Notes: generated from the letters alone by a model not told the origin. A stretch of DNA of 64,000 nt from Rhodospirillaceae bacterium (GCA_018660465.1 JABJKH010000091.1:7789-71788); one strand, 5' to 3'. Shown: positions 37,639 to 50,029, numbered from the stretch's first letter. Numbers and translations: made by a program.

Positions 37639-38262
37639 TTAAGCTGGCTCAGGCGCTGCCCAACCGAAGTTACCCTGATAGTTTTCTGCGAACGTAGCCA
37701 TCTTTTCTTCGTGTTCCATGGTAAGCCCTATATCGTCCAGCCCTTCCAACAGGCAGCGCTTGCGAAACGGATCGATGTCGAAGGCATGTTGGCTGCCATC
37801 CGGTCCGGTCACAGTCTGAGCTTCGAGATCAATCTCAATCGATGCGCCGGGTTGATCGAAAAGTTGCGCCCTTAATCCTGCCAGGGTTTTCTCATCCAAC
37901 CTGATCGGCAAAACGCCGTTCTTGAAACAATTGTTGTAATGAATGTCACCGAAGCTGGCAGCGATCACGGACCGAAACCCATAGGCGGCGAGAGCAAATA
38001 CCGCCCCTTCTCGGGATGAGCCACAACCAAAATTAACATCGGCAACGATGATTTGTGCCTTCCGGTAGGGTTCTTGATTGAGAATGAATTCAGGCTTTTC
38101 ATTATCGTCGTTGTCAAACCGGAGATCGTGGAACAGATAAGTCGCATAGTCCGGATGACGCCGCGACTTCCGCAGATACCGCGCCGGGATGATCTGATCC
38201 GTGTCAACGTTGATCCGGTCGAGGGGCATGGCAACCGCTGAAAGTTTTGTAAAAGGCTGCAT
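37639..38262 (-). CDS. leuD: 3-isopropylmalate dehydratase small subunit family (LeuD-like)
   Basis: 207 aa. NVDTDQIIPARYL, NFGCGSSREGAVFAL, FGDIHYNNCFKNGVLPI. Confidence 0.8.
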   Translation of the reverse strand: MQPFTKLSAVAMPLDRINVDTDQIIPARYLRKSRRHPDYATYLFHDLRFDNDDNEKPEFILNQEPYRKAQIIVADVNFGCGSSREGAVFALAAYGFRSVIAASFGDIHYNNCFKNGVLPIRLDEKTLAGLRAQLFDQPGASIEIDLEAQTVTGPDGSQHAFDIDPFRKRCLLEGLDDIGLTMEHEEKMATFAENYQGNFGWAAPEPA

Positions 38263-38265
38263 GAT

Positions 38266-39675
38266 TTAGTTCCCCTCTATTAAGTCGCGGACATCGGTTA
38301 TGTACCCGGTGACCGCCGCCGCAGCCGCCATCTCTGGTCCCGCCAAATGGGTCCGAGCGCCGGGGCCCTGACGTCCTTCGAAATTACGATTAGACGTTGA
38401 AATGGAACGTTCTTTCGGCGCTACATCGTCACCATTGATACCGACGCACATGGAACATCCGGCATAGCGCCATTCAAAACCGGCGTCGATAAATATCTTA
38501 TCCAGACCTTCGGCTTCGGCTTCGGCTTTGACCATGCCCGAGCCCGGCACCACCAAGGTCGGGACTTTGGCCTTGCGACCCCGCGCCACGACAGCGGCGG
38601 CACGAAGGTCTTCAATCCGGCCATTGGTGCATGATCCTATGAAGACTCGATCAACCGGCACACCGACAAGCGGCGTGCCCGCAGACAATCCCATGTAATC
38701 GAGCGAGCGCTGCTTGGCGTCCTGGCGTTGAGGGTCGGTTTCTTGTGCCGGGTCTGGAATAAGATCGGCTATGCCAATAGCATCTTCCGGACTGGTCCCC
38801 CAAGTCAGGGTCGGTGCCAAGCTTCCAATATCAATTTCAACTTCCTTGTCGAAGGTGGCGCCTGCATCGCTTGGCAACATCTGCCAATAGGCAACGGCGG
38901 CATCCCAGTGCTTGCCCGTCGGGGCAAAGGGTTTTCCTTTTATATAATCTATGGTCGTTTGATCGGGGGCGACCATGCCAGCCCTTGCTCCCGCCTCAAT
39001 CGACATGTTGCACACCGTCAGCCTTTCTTCGACCGACATCGCTTCGATTACAGGCCCTGCGTATTCGATGGCATGACCCACAGCACCGGCGGCACTGATG
39101 CGCGCGATAACGCCCAAGATGACATCCTTCGCGGTCACGCCGAACCCGCGTTCGCCGGTGATTGTAATCCGCATAGACTTGGGTTTGAGCTGCCATAAGG
39201 ATTGCGTCGCCAAGACATGCGCAACTTCGGACGCCCCAATTCCAAACGCGAACGCCCCCATGGCCCCATGCGACGAAGTATGAGAATCACCGCAAACGAT
39301 CAGCAATCCTGGCAACGACAGTCCTTGCTCAGGGCCGACGACGTGGGCAACGCCTTGGCGTGAATCGCTCAAGCCAAAATGATTAATGCCAAATTCATCA
39401 GCATTTTTTTCTAGGGTTCTGACCAAGTCCCCGCGTTCATCGTCGGCGAAGTCGGCGCGGTCTTCAGAACCCGTACCAACGTAGTGATCCGGCGTGCCAA
39501 ACGTCAGGTCCGGTCTCAAAACTTTTCGCCCACTTTCACTCAGCATATCGAAAGCATGGAACGAGCCGTCATGACAATAATGCCGATCAACGAAGAGCAG
39601 GCTTTGGCCTTCGTCATTTGTCAGAATTACATGCGCATCCCAAATTTTTTCGAACAGGTTTTTAGGTTGTGCCAT
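38266..39675 (-). CDS. leuC: 3-isopropylmalate dehydratase large subunit family (LeuC-like aconitase-fold hydro-lyase)
   Basis: 469 aa. Aconitase-family Fe-S ligand region (VCGDSHTSSHGAMGAFAFGIG ... GSCTNGRIEDL ... GCSMCVG). The N-terminal substrate region differs from the canonical LeuC sequence as I remember it. Confidence 0.75.
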   Translation of the reverse strand: MAQPKNLFEKIWDAHVILTNDEGQSLLFVDRHYCHDGSFHAFDMLSESGRKVLRPDLTFGTPDHYVGTGSEDRADFADDERGDLVRTLEKNADEFGINHFGLSDSRQGVAHVVGPEQGLSLPGLLIVCGDSHTSSHGAMGAFAFGIGASEVAHVLATQSLWQLKPKSMRITITGERGFGVTAKDVILGVIARISAAGAVGHAIEYAGPVIEAMSVEERLTVCNMSIEAGARAGMVAPDQTTIDYIKGKPFAPTGKHWDAAVAYWQMLPSDAGATFDKEVEIDIGSLAPTLTWGTSPEDAIGIADLIPDPAQETDPQRQDAKQRSLDYMGLSAGTPLVGVPVDRVFIGSCTNGRIEDLRAAAVVARGRKAKVPTLVVPGSGMVKAEAEAEGLDKIFIDAGFEWRYAGCSMCVGINGDDVAPKERSISTSNRNFEGRQGPGARTHLAGPEMAAAAAVTGYITDVRDLIEGN

Positions 39676-39680
39676 GATTT

Positions 39681-40574
39681 TTAGTACCCGACCTTAGCGT
39701 CTTCTGAGACCGCATAACGTTCTTCCATTTCCTGAATTTCTTCCATCCCTAAAAGATCGAAGAATTGGCGGAATGTCGCCACCCGGTCGAGAATACCGGT
39801 GACTTCGCCCGTTTCTTTCAGTTCCGCCAGCATGTCGGTGATCGCCGGAATGGCCGCAAGGATCGCCAAGTTGGGATAGATCACAATCTTATACCCAAGG
39901 TCCTGAATTTCATTCGCCGGCAACAGCGGTGTCTTGCCACTGGAAGCCAGATTATAAAGCGTCGGCACATCGAAGGCTTCAGGGATTTGTCGCAGTTGAT
40001 CCATGTCCCGGGGGGCTTCAATGAAAATGATGTCCGCGCCCGCTTCTTCGTAAGCTTTTCCCCGCGCCATCACCGCATCAAATCCTTCCACCGCCAGCGC
40101 GTCAGATCGCGCAATGACAACAAAATCATCGTCCATGCGGGCATCCACAGCGGCCTTGATCTTGGCTGACATTTCTTCGGTCGGGATGAGGGTTTTTCCG
40201 GCCAAGTGCCCACAGCGCTTCGGCCATTGCTGGTCTTCAATATGGACACCTGCGACACCGGCGCGCTCATAGGCTTGGATGGTGCGGCGCACATTGATGG
40301 GACCGCCGTAGCCCGTGTCAGCATCGGCAATTAGCGGCAAGCCGGAGGCTTCTGCGATGCGACCAGCGTTGTCGACCATTTCATGCATGGTCAAAAGCCC
40401 GATGTCCGGCACGCCCAGACGAACCGCTGAGGTTCCAGCTCCCGTCATGTAGATCGCTTTAAATCCGGCCTGAGCCACCAGTCGAGCATTCAAGGCATCG
40501 GCGACGCCGGGCGCAGAAATGAGGTCTGGGCCTTTGAGCAAGTTTCTTAATCGAGATGTGGGCCGTTCTGCCAT
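39681..40574 (-). CDS. isocitrate lyase/PEP mutase family protein (methylisocitrate/dimethylmalate-lyase-like)
   Basis: 297 aa. LIADADTGYGG, VAGVHIEDQQWPKRCGHLAGK (the KRCGH loop is characteristic of the C-C lyase members). Confidence 0.85.
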   Translation of the reverse strand: MAERPTSRLRNLLKGPDLISAPGVADALNARLVAQAGFKAIYMTGAGTSAVRLGVPDIGLLTMHEMVDNAGRIAEASGLPLIADADTGYGGPINVRRTIQAYERAGVAGVHIEDQQWPKRCGHLAGKTLIPTEEMSAKIKAAVDARMDDDFVVIARSDALAVEGFDAVMARGKAYEEAGADIIFIEAPRDMDQLRQIPEAFDVPTLYNLASSGKTPLLPANEIQDLGYKIVIYPNLAILAAIPAITDMLAELKETGEVTGILDRVATFRQFFDLLGMEEIQEMEERYAVSEDAKVGY

Positions 40575-40686
40575 GGGATATTCCTTAACAATGTCATCGA
40601 TGGGTGTTTACCGGAGAAACAAAAGTTTCTAATCTTTGACCATACGTCAAGCCCGCGTATCGACCCACCTCAAAGAAAGGCCCCCA

Positions 40687-42147
40687 ATGCAGCCGAAGAA
40701 CCTTCTGATTATCATGTCCGATGAACACAATACTCGAGTGCTTGGATGCGCGGGTCACGACACCGTCAAAACACCGAACCTGGATAAATTAGCAGCAAGG
40801 GGCACGCGATTTAATGCGGCCTACACAGCGTCGCCGATTTGTGTGCCAGCGCGGACGGCCTTTGCGACGGGACGCTATGCCCATCAAACCGGGTCCTGGT
40901 GTAATGCGCATCCCTACACCGGCGAGACCAAGGGATGGGGGCATCGACTGCAAGATACCGGCCATCGGGTCGTTTCCATTGGTAAGCTACATTACCGGAA
41001 TGAGGCCGATCCCACAGGCTTCGACGAACAAATTATACCGCTGCACGTCGTCAATGGGACCGGTGATATCTTGGGCGCGGTTCGGGACGAACTGCCAATC
41101 CGGCGGAAGGGCGTGACATTGTTGGAAAACATCGGCCCCGGTGAGTCGACCTATCTGGATTATGATCGGAATATTACAGAGGCTTCTGTTCGGTGGCTGC
41201 AAGATCGCGCAAAAGAAAAAGACGACAAACCCTGGGTGGTCTTCGTTTCCATGGTTTGCCCGCATTATCCGCTGATCGCGCCGCAGGAATTTTTTGATAT
41301 GTATGATCCAGCGACGATCCCTCTGCCGAAAGGGATCAATGACGAAGGCTTCACGCGCCATCCCTGGGTCGACGCCTCAAAAATCTGCCAGAACTTTGGC
41401 GATTGTGACGATGCCGATAAATGGAAAATTGCCATCGCTTCCTATTATGGTCTTTGTAGCTTCATGGACGACAACGTCGGCAAGGTCTTGGCCGCGCTTG
41501 AGGATAGCGGTTTGGCAAACGATACCCGCGTCATCTACACCAGCGACCACGGTGATAACTTGGGAGCACGGGAACTGTGGGGGAAATCCAATTTGTATGA
41601 AGAGGCTGCAGGGGTCCCCTTGATCATGGCGGGTCCCGACGTGGACGCGGGCGTGGTTCGGAGCACCCCGGTGACGCATCTTGATTTTTATCAAACGATT
41701 ATGGAATGCGTTGGCGAACAAGCGGTCAATTCTGGGGGCGATACCGACCTACCGGGCCAATCCTTGTATGACTTGGCCGCGAACGGTGACGATGCAACAA
41801 GGCCTGTCCTCAGTGAATACCACGCCGGGGGCTCACCAAGCGGTGGGTTCATGTTGCGCAAGGGGCAATTCAAGCTGAATTATTACATTGGCTTTGAACC
41901 TGAATTGTTTGACCTGGACTCAGACCCGGAAGAGCTCACGAATTTGGCTTCTGACCCGGCGCATGCTGAAACGCTGAAAGACTTGGAACGGGAACTCCGG
42001 AAAATCGTCGACCCGGAAGAAATTGACCGTCGCGCAAAGGCGGATCAGGCCGCCCTCGTCGAACGCCACGGCGGACGGGACTCTGTCGTTGCCAAGGGTG
42101 GGTTTGGCGCTTCCCCCGCACCCGGACATAAGGCTGTCTTTAACTGA
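40687..42147 (+). CDS. sulfatase (formylglycine-dependent type)
   Basis: LLIIMSDEHN, the CxPxR maturation motif (SPICVPARTAFATGR), and SDHGD. I chose the ATG at 40687; the ORF track opens at 40636. Confidence 0.85.
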   Translation: MQPKNLLIIMSDEHNTRVLGCAGHDTVKTPNLDKLAARGTRFNAAYTASPICVPARTAFATGRYAHQTGSWCNAHPYTGETKGWGHRLQDTGHRVVSIGKLHYRNEADPTGFDEQIIPLHVVNGTGDILGAVRDELPIRRKGVTLLENIGPGESTYLDYDRNITEASVRWLQDRAKEKDDKPWVVFVSMVCPHYPLIAPQEFFDMYDPATIPLPKGINDEGFTRHPWVDASKICQNFGDCDDADKWKIAIASYYGLCSFMDDNVGKVLAALEDSGLANDTRVIYTSDHGDNLGARELWGKSNLYEEAAGVPLIMAGPDVDAGVVRSTPVTHLDFYQTIMECVGEQAVNSGGDTDLPGQSLYDLAANGDDATRPVLSEYHAGGSPSGGFMLRKGQFKLNYYIGFEPELFDLDSDPEELTNLASDPAHAETLKDLERELRKIVDPEEIDRRAKADQAALVERHGGRDSVVAKGGFGASPAPGHKAVFN

Positions 42148-42220
42148 TTGTCCCCTCTTAATTGTACCGTGGCGGGGATTTGTGTAGGGTCCGCCAAATT
42201 CAACCGTGTGGGCCCCATCC

Positions 42221-44372
<2,152 letters not shown>

Positions 44373-44373
<1 letters not shown>

Positions 44374-44834
44374 TGGCGAATGATAAAAATGACCTAAGCC
44401 AGTTGGGCAACAAGGCGGACCTCCCAACCGACCCGGACGCAGCGATCCTAGAAACAGTTCCAAACTCGCAAGCCAGCACCGATTACATGGTGCGCTTTAC
44501 CTGTCCGGAATTTACTTCTTTGTGCCCGGTCACCGGCCAGCCAGACTTCGCGCATCTGTTGATTGATTATGTGCCGAGCGACTCACTCATCGAAAGCAAG
44601 TCGCTAAAACTCTATCTGGGATCATTTAGAAACCATGGCGGATTTCACGAGGACTGCACAGTCTCCATTGGCCAAAAGATCATCGCGGCGGCAAAGCCCA
44701 AATGGCTCCGCATCGGCGGCTACTGGTACCCGCGCGGCGGTATTCCCATCGATGTGTTTTATCAAACCGGCAACGCACCAGAGGGTGTTTGGATTCCGGA
44801 TCAGGGGGTGGAACCCTATAAGGGCCGAGGGTAG
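44373..44834 (+). CDS. queF: NADPH-dependent 7-cyano-7-deazaguanine (preQ0) reductase
   Basis: [40 protein letters not shown] start/stop junction with tgt. Confidence 0.9.
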
Positions 44835-44935
44835 TTAGCGCCTTGCCTCTCCGGTTAAGACAGTCACCCACTACATAATTGTAAACGACACGGTATGCCG
44901 ACGCCGCTCAATCGGCTGCTGTTGATCCAAAGCAA

Positions 44936-46828
44936 TCACTCAGAAATGGGTAGTGTGAAGAAAAAGGTGCTCCCGACATCAGTATTAGATTCGAAATTTA
45001 TTGCGCCTTCATGTTTCTCGATGATCGATTTGGAGATATTTAATCCCAATCCCGTACCACCTTTCTCTCGGCTGTCCGAGGAATCTACCTGAGTAAATCT
45101 TCCGAAAATTTGTTCTCTATATTGTTCCGGTATTCCTGGTCCATGATCTGAGACAGATACTCTCGCGACTTGCTCCTGACGGGTAACGGATATTTCAACA
45201 TTTTCCCCCTTAGGGGAGAACTTAGCTGCGTTGGACAGCAGATTTGCAATTACCTGAACCAGTCGGTTGGCATCGCCCTCTACGGTTATCTTGGGACCAC
45301 GGTCTGCAAGGACAAACGTCACACCATGTTCGTCTGCATATCCCTTATTGGTCTCGACCGCATCCGCCACAAGTTCCGTGAGGCTAAGCTTTTTAAACTC
45401 GAACTCCATGCTGCCAGATTCAATTTTTTCCATATCTAAAATATCGTTGACCAGATTGATGAGACGGTCGGTATTTCTATAGGCGATTTCTATCATGCTA
45501 GTTGCCGTATCCGGCATTGCTCCAAGAATGCCATCGGTTATAAGTCCCAGCGATCCTTTGATCGATGTCAGGGGGGTGCGAAGTTCATGGCTAACTGTCG
45601 AGATGAATTCGCTTTTCATACTATCTACTTTCTTGCGTTCGCTAATGTCGGAACGAATTGAACAAATTGCATCTTCACCATCCCAATTTATTACGAACGA
45701 GCGCCTATCCTCCCAGAAGACGGCACCATTCATTTTCACGCCCATGGTTTCCTTATCTGCAATCTGTTGTGTGTTGCCTAAACGAATGTCATGAGTATTT
45801 TCTTCAAAATCCGGATGGGTTAGAAGCTTGGTTGATGGCAATGCTAAAATTTCATCCGCCGAATTATATCCATACATATTCGCCAGAGTAGAATTGGCAT
45901 AAAGTGGTACACGCTTGCGATGGACGAGAACGCCATAATTTAACGTATCGATGAGCCTGTGAAAGCGTTTCTCGCTTCGGAGCAATTTTTGTTCGGATTT
46001 TTTCTGGTCCGTAATATCAATACGAAGAATTGCAATGCCGCCATGCTTAGTTCTGAACTCGTGAATTTGAAAAAATTGTCCGTTGTCGAAGTTTAGCTCA
46101 AACGGACCTGTGGGATTAAAATGACGCTCAACGCGAGTTTTAACCCATTCCTCATAGGCTTCAGATTTCTCATTCGACTCAAAATGGATTGCACGGGTTC
46201 TAGCGACGTCCTCAAAAGACATGCCTATCTTTAGACCGTCGCTTTGTTGGTCAATTGCCGATTGATACTGATCATTGAAGATTATCAACTTGTCATCGGC
46301 ATCAAAAAGGGCGAAGCCATCTTTAAAGCTGTTTACGACGTCATTAAGCCAATTTCGTTCCTGCTTAACTTTTTCCTCACTTTCCAAACGGGCTAATTCG
46401 GCTTGTTCTCGCTGTTCAATTTCTTCTTCAAGGCGAGCGGTGCGGATATCCACAAGGTCAGACAATCCTTGAACTCCCGGCACCCATTTAAACAAACCAA
46501 CGGCAAGAAAGATAAACCCTCCCAAAAAACCAACAAACTTTTCTAAAATCGCTTCGGTTTCGGTGTCGCCAACAATGATAAACCGGTTGAGACTCTCGAA
46601 ATTATCGCTGATATCAAGAACACTTCCGAACAATAAAAGTACAAACCCAAAGACGATGTAGTTCCAGCCCTCCCGGAACTGTGCAAACCGGTTTCGCGCG
46701 GCATTCCACAGGAATACCACAATTCCTAACAAGACGACCGCACGCACAGATTCGAGCAAGATATCCGACATAGACCTATCACTCTTCCCAAGAGACAGAA
46801 TTACTTTGTCATCAAACTTCCGCGACAA
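44936..46828 (-). CDS. membrane PAS-PAS sensor histidine kinase (no adjacent response regulator)
   Basis: 630 aa with N-terminal TM helices. PAS_7-like (DGFALFDADDKLIIFNDQY) plus a second PAS. H-box FISTVSHELRTPLTSI. N/G boxes LLSNAAKFSP, DHGPGIP, GTGLGLNISKSI. The start is uncertain (alternative ATG at 46771). Confidence 0.85.
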   Translation of the reverse strand: MSRKFDDKVILSLGKSDRSMSDILLESVRAVVLLGIVVFLWNAARNRFAQFREGWNYIVFGFVLLLFGSVLDISDNFESLNRFIIVGDTETEAILEKFVGFLGGFIFLAVGLFKWVPGVQGLSDLVDIRTARLEEEIEQREQAELARLESEEKVKQERNWLNDVVNSFKDGFALFDADDKLIIFNDQYQSAIDQQSDGLKIGMSFEDVARTRAIHFESNEKSEAYEEWVKTRVERHFNPTGPFELNFDNGQFFQIHEFRTKHGGIAILRIDITDQKKSEQKLLRSEKRFHRLIDTLNYGVLVHRKRVPLYANSTLANMYGYNSADEILALPSTKLLTHPDFEENTHDIRLGNTQQIADKETMGVKMNGAVFWEDRRSFVINWDGEDAICSIRSDISERKKVDSMKSEFISTVSHELRTPLTSIKGSLGLITDGILGAMPDTATSMIEIAYRNTDRLINLVNDILDMEKIESGSMEFEFKKLSLTELVADAVETNKGYADEHGVTFVLADRGPKITVEGDANRLVQVIANLLSNAAKFSPKGENVEISVTRQEQVARVSVSDHGPGIPEQYREQIFGRFTQVDSSDSREKGGTGLGLNISKSIIEKHEGAINFESNTDVGSTFFFTLPISE

Positions 46829-47145
46829 AATATCTTCGGATGAATTGGGTAATTCCCTTAGGTGTCATGTATGGATCATCCACATATATGCAATAAAATT
46901 TTCGTAAATACGGATAAACAGCAAGTTTTGGAGGAAAATGTGGTCAATCACGCCACTCGATTGGTACACCCGGCACGATATTGATGTATTGGTTGGTGAG
47001 ACTCAGGCAATGGAAAAAAAGATGCTGAGATGGATATGACAAATGTTCGCTAGCGGCTAATTTCTGCCGTAAAATGCATGTGTGCGTGAATCCTAAATGT
47101 AGGGAGTATTTGCATTCACCGGATGGGCACGGTTCGCTCTAGTCG

Positions 47146-47514
47146 TTAATCCTCACCGCGATAAATACACCCTGCCGTACATGTCTCGTGCAATTCGATC
47201 TTGCTGAGTTGTGGCAGGTAAGGGTGAAGCCGTTCCCAGACCCATTTTGCGATGACTTCGCTGGTTGGATTATCCAGGCCGTCGATGTCATTTAAGTAAT
47301 GGTGGTCGAGTTGATCGAGGATCGGCGCAAACGCGGCTTTGACATCGGCGAAATCCATGACCCAGCCTTTGTCGACATCCAAATCCCCGGACACATGAAT
47401 AACAATTCGGAACGAATGGCCGTGCAGGCGCGAGCATTTATGCTCAGCAGGCAGGTTCGGCAAACGGTGGGCCGCCTCGAACGTAAATTCTTTAAAAATT
47501 TCCATACTGCTCAA
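47146..47514 (-). CDS. queD: 6-carboxy-5,6,7,8-tetrahydropterin synthase
   Basis: 122 aa. FTFEAAHRL.....HKCSRLHGHSF, and a C-terminal ETCTAGC. Confidence 0.9.
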   Translation of the reverse strand: MSSMEIFKEFTFEAAHRLPNLPAEHKCSRLHGHSFRIVIHVSGDLDVDKGWVMDFADVKAAFAPILDQLDHHYLNDIDGLDNPTSEVIAKWVWERLHPYLPQLSKIELHETCTAGCIYRGED

Positions 47515-47535
47515 CCAATCCCCTCAACGAATCCC

Positions 47536-48168
47536 TCATCGAATTCCTAGGAATTTATGGGTTTGCAGGCTCAATCGCCACGGGGGATGCGCGAGACAAT
47601 ACTCCAAGGCGAGGCCTGTGTTGCGCTCTCTATCGGGTCCATCCATCGGCTGCAAGAGAAAATGCTGGAATTTTAGATCTTCAAAGTCTGCTGGGTCAGT
47701 GCCGGATTGGGGATAGACCAGCTTTAATTCATGGCCTGAGGTGAGCGCCAGGGATGTTCCCGCTTTGGGACTGACACAGATCCAATCGAGGCCGTCCGGC
47801 GGATTGATGGTGCCATTGGTTTCAACGGCGATCTCAAATCCTTTGGTGTGAAGTGCTCCGATTAAGTCCTCGTCTATTTGTAGCATCGGCTCACCGCCGG
47901 TGCAGACGATAAATGGGTGCGCTACCCCCTCTGGCCATTGCGCCGTGACCGCATCCGCCAGCGCTGTCGCCGTTTCAAACTTTCCACCGCCATCGCCATC
48001 CGTACCGACAAAGTCCGTATCGCAGAAGGTACATTCGGCGTCGGCTCGGTCTTTTTCCAAGCCCGACCACAAGTTACAACCGGCAAATCGGCAAAAGACG
48101 GCGGGGCGGCCGGCGTTGATGCCTTCACCTTGCAACGTATAAAAAATTTCTTTTACCGCATAGGTCAT
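47536..48168 (-). CDS. queE: 7-carboxy-7-deazaguanine synthase (radical SAM)
   Basis: 210 aa. [41 protein letters not shown]. Confidence 0.9.
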   Translation of the reverse strand: MTYAVKEIFYTLQGEGINAGRPAVFCRFAGCNLWSGLEKDRADAECTFCDTDFVGTDGDGGGKFETATALADAVTAQWPEGVAHPFIVCTGGEPMLQIDEDLIGALHTKGFEIAVETNGTINPPDGLDWICVSPKAGTSLALTSGHELKLVYPQSGTDPADFEDLKFQHFLLQPMDGPDRERNTGLALEYCLAHPPWRLSLQTHKFLGIR

Positions 48169-48854
48169 GAAAATTGATAGCGGGTTGGATCAGGCACCCC
48201 CGCCTCCAAAAATCCCTTCTTTCTGAGTTGGCACGAATCACATCCACCGCAGGCAGCGCCAGTTGTATCGGGATCGTAACAACTTATCGTGAGGCCATAA
48301 TTGACGCCCAGTTCCAAACCCTTGGTGATGATCTGTGCCTTCGTCTGATCAATCAACGGCGCGTGAATTTTAACTGTTCCTTCGCCTTCGACACTGGCCT
48401 TGGTGGCGAGGTTCGCCATCGCCTCAAACGCAGCCACGTACTCAGGTCTACAATCAGGGTACCCACTATAATCCAATGCATTAACTCCGACGAAGATATC
48501 GAATGAGCCCAAAACTTCAGCCTTGGCCAAAGCGAATGAAAGAAAAATAGTGTTGCGGGCAGGAACGTAGGTGATCGGAATTCCCTCATTCATTTCGTCA
48601 TCCGAACGATCTTTTGGAACGTCGATATCGTCGGTCAGCGCGGACCCGCCAAATCCCCGAAGATCAATATCAACAATCGCATGTTCGGCAACGTTGGCTG
48701 ATGTCGCAATGTGCTTTGCCGCCTCAATCTCAACATTGTGGCGCTGACCATAGCTAAACGAAAGCGCATATACCTCATAACCTTGTTGTTGCACGAGGGC
48801 CAGAACCGTTGATGAATCCAATCCGCCGCTTAGAAGAACTACTGCCTTTGGCAT
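48165..48854 (-). CDS. queC: 7-cyano-7-deazaguanine synthase
   Basis: 229 aa. [12 protein letters not shown], a C-terminal Cys cluster (SCYDP...[11 protein letters not shown]). ATGA overlap with queE. Confidence 0.92.
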   Translation of the reverse strand: MPKAVVLLSGGLDSSTVLALVQQQGYEVYALSFSYGQRHNVEIEAAKHIATSANVAEHAIVDIDLRGFGGSALTDDIDVPKDRSDDEMNEGIPITYVPARNTIFLSFALAKAEVLGSFDIFVGVNALDYSGYPDCRPEYVAAFEAMANLATKASVEGEGTVKIHAPLIDQTKAQIITKGLELGVNYGLTISCYDPDTTGAACGGCDSCQLRKKGFLEAGVPDPTRYQFS

Positions 48855-48941
48855 TTCTATATTTCCAAAATCACATATTTCAATTTTGCGCGGCTAAATA
48901 ACATATATGATCGGTGCTGGCGAGAAGAGGCTGGAAAATCA

Positions 48942-49994
48942 GTGGAAACTATAAAACAGGAAATTCGCGAATACGCCCTAAATTTAGGCTTCGACGTGGT
49001 CGGGTTCGCCCCCGCTGTGTCGGTGCCGGAAGAAAAGCGCGCGCTTGATCATTATGTTGCGGAAGGCCTGCACGGCGACATGGGCTGGATGGCCGATACG
49101 GCGGAACGACGCTCCGACCCCGCCGCCCTGATGGATGATGTCAAAACCATTATCGTGGTCGGCATGAATTATGGTCCCAGAAACCTCGCCCCCCTGCCGT
49201 CTGATAGAGGCAATATCAGCGTCTATGCCCGAGGTAAGGATTATCACGACATCCTCAAAAAACGTCTCAAGCGGCTGGGTCGCTGGGCGGGCGAACGCTG
49301 GGACTGTGGCATTAAAGTCTTTGTCGATACGGCACCTGTGATGGAAAAGCCCATTGCCGGGCGTGCGGGAGTCGGCTGGCAGGGCAAGCATACCAATCTG
49401 GTTTCCCGTGAATTTGGCTCTTGGCTGTTTTTAGGAGAGATGTTTACGTCGTTGGACCTCCCCCCAGATCAGCCCCCGGAACAACCTGTGGCGGATCACT
49501 GCGGCTCCTGTGATGCCTGCGTGCGGGCCTGTCCGACGGAGGCGCTGTCCGGTGATGGCCAAATTGATCCACGACGCTGCATTTCCTATCTGACGATCGA
49601 GCACAAAGGCGATATAGAGCCAAGCCTCATGGCTGGAATGGGGAATTATGTTTATGGCTGCGATGATTGTCTGTCGGTCTGTCCGTGGAACAAATTTGCG
49701 CTTCCGACCCAAGAAAGCGCCTTTTTCCCCCGGACTGAATTAACCGCGCCTCGTTTATCAGACTTGGCGGATCTTGATGACGCGGCGTTTAGAACTTTTT
49801 TTTCGGGCTCCCCAATCAAACGGACTGGCCGTGACCGCTTTGTCCGCAACGTTCTGATTGGCATCGGCAATAGCCAGGATAAGGCCTTAGAGCCCTTTGC
49901 TCAGTCCCACTTGGACGATCCTTCCCCCTTGGTTCGGAAAGCTGCAGGGTGGGCGTTAGAGCGCTTAAGGGATAGACGCGGCACGATTGACTGA
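48942..49994 (+). CDS. queG: epoxyqueuosine reductase
   Basis: 350 aa. Two 4Fe-4S motifs (CGSCDACVRACP; CDDCLSVCPWN) and C-terminal HEAT-like repeats. Apparent GTG start. Confidence 0.9.
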   Translation: METIKQEIREYALNLGFDVVGFAPAVSVPEEKRALDHYVAEGLHGDMGWMADTAERRSDPAALMDDVKTIIVVGMNYGPRNLAPLPSDRGNISVYARGKDYHDILKKRLKRLGRWAGERWDCGIKVFVDTAPVMEKPIAGRAGVGWQGKHTNLVSREFGSWLFLGEMFTSLDLPPDQPPEQPVADHCGSCDACVRACPTEALSGDGQIDPRRCISYLTIEHKGDIEPSLMAGMGNYVYGCDDCLSVCPWNKFALPTQESAFFPRTELTAPRLSDLADLDDAAFRTFFSGSPIKRTGRDRFVRNVLIGIGNSQDKALEPFAQSHLDDPSPLVRKAAGWALERLRDRRGTID

Positions 49995-50029
49995 CTATAT
50001 CCATTAAAGGCACTTATTGAATTTGGCGC

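Noticed and set aside
48855-48941. Possible preQ1 riboswitch upstream of queC or queG
   Set aside because: The 87-nt spacer is AT-rich. It lacks the compact hairpin plus A-rich tail of preQ1-I as I remember it.
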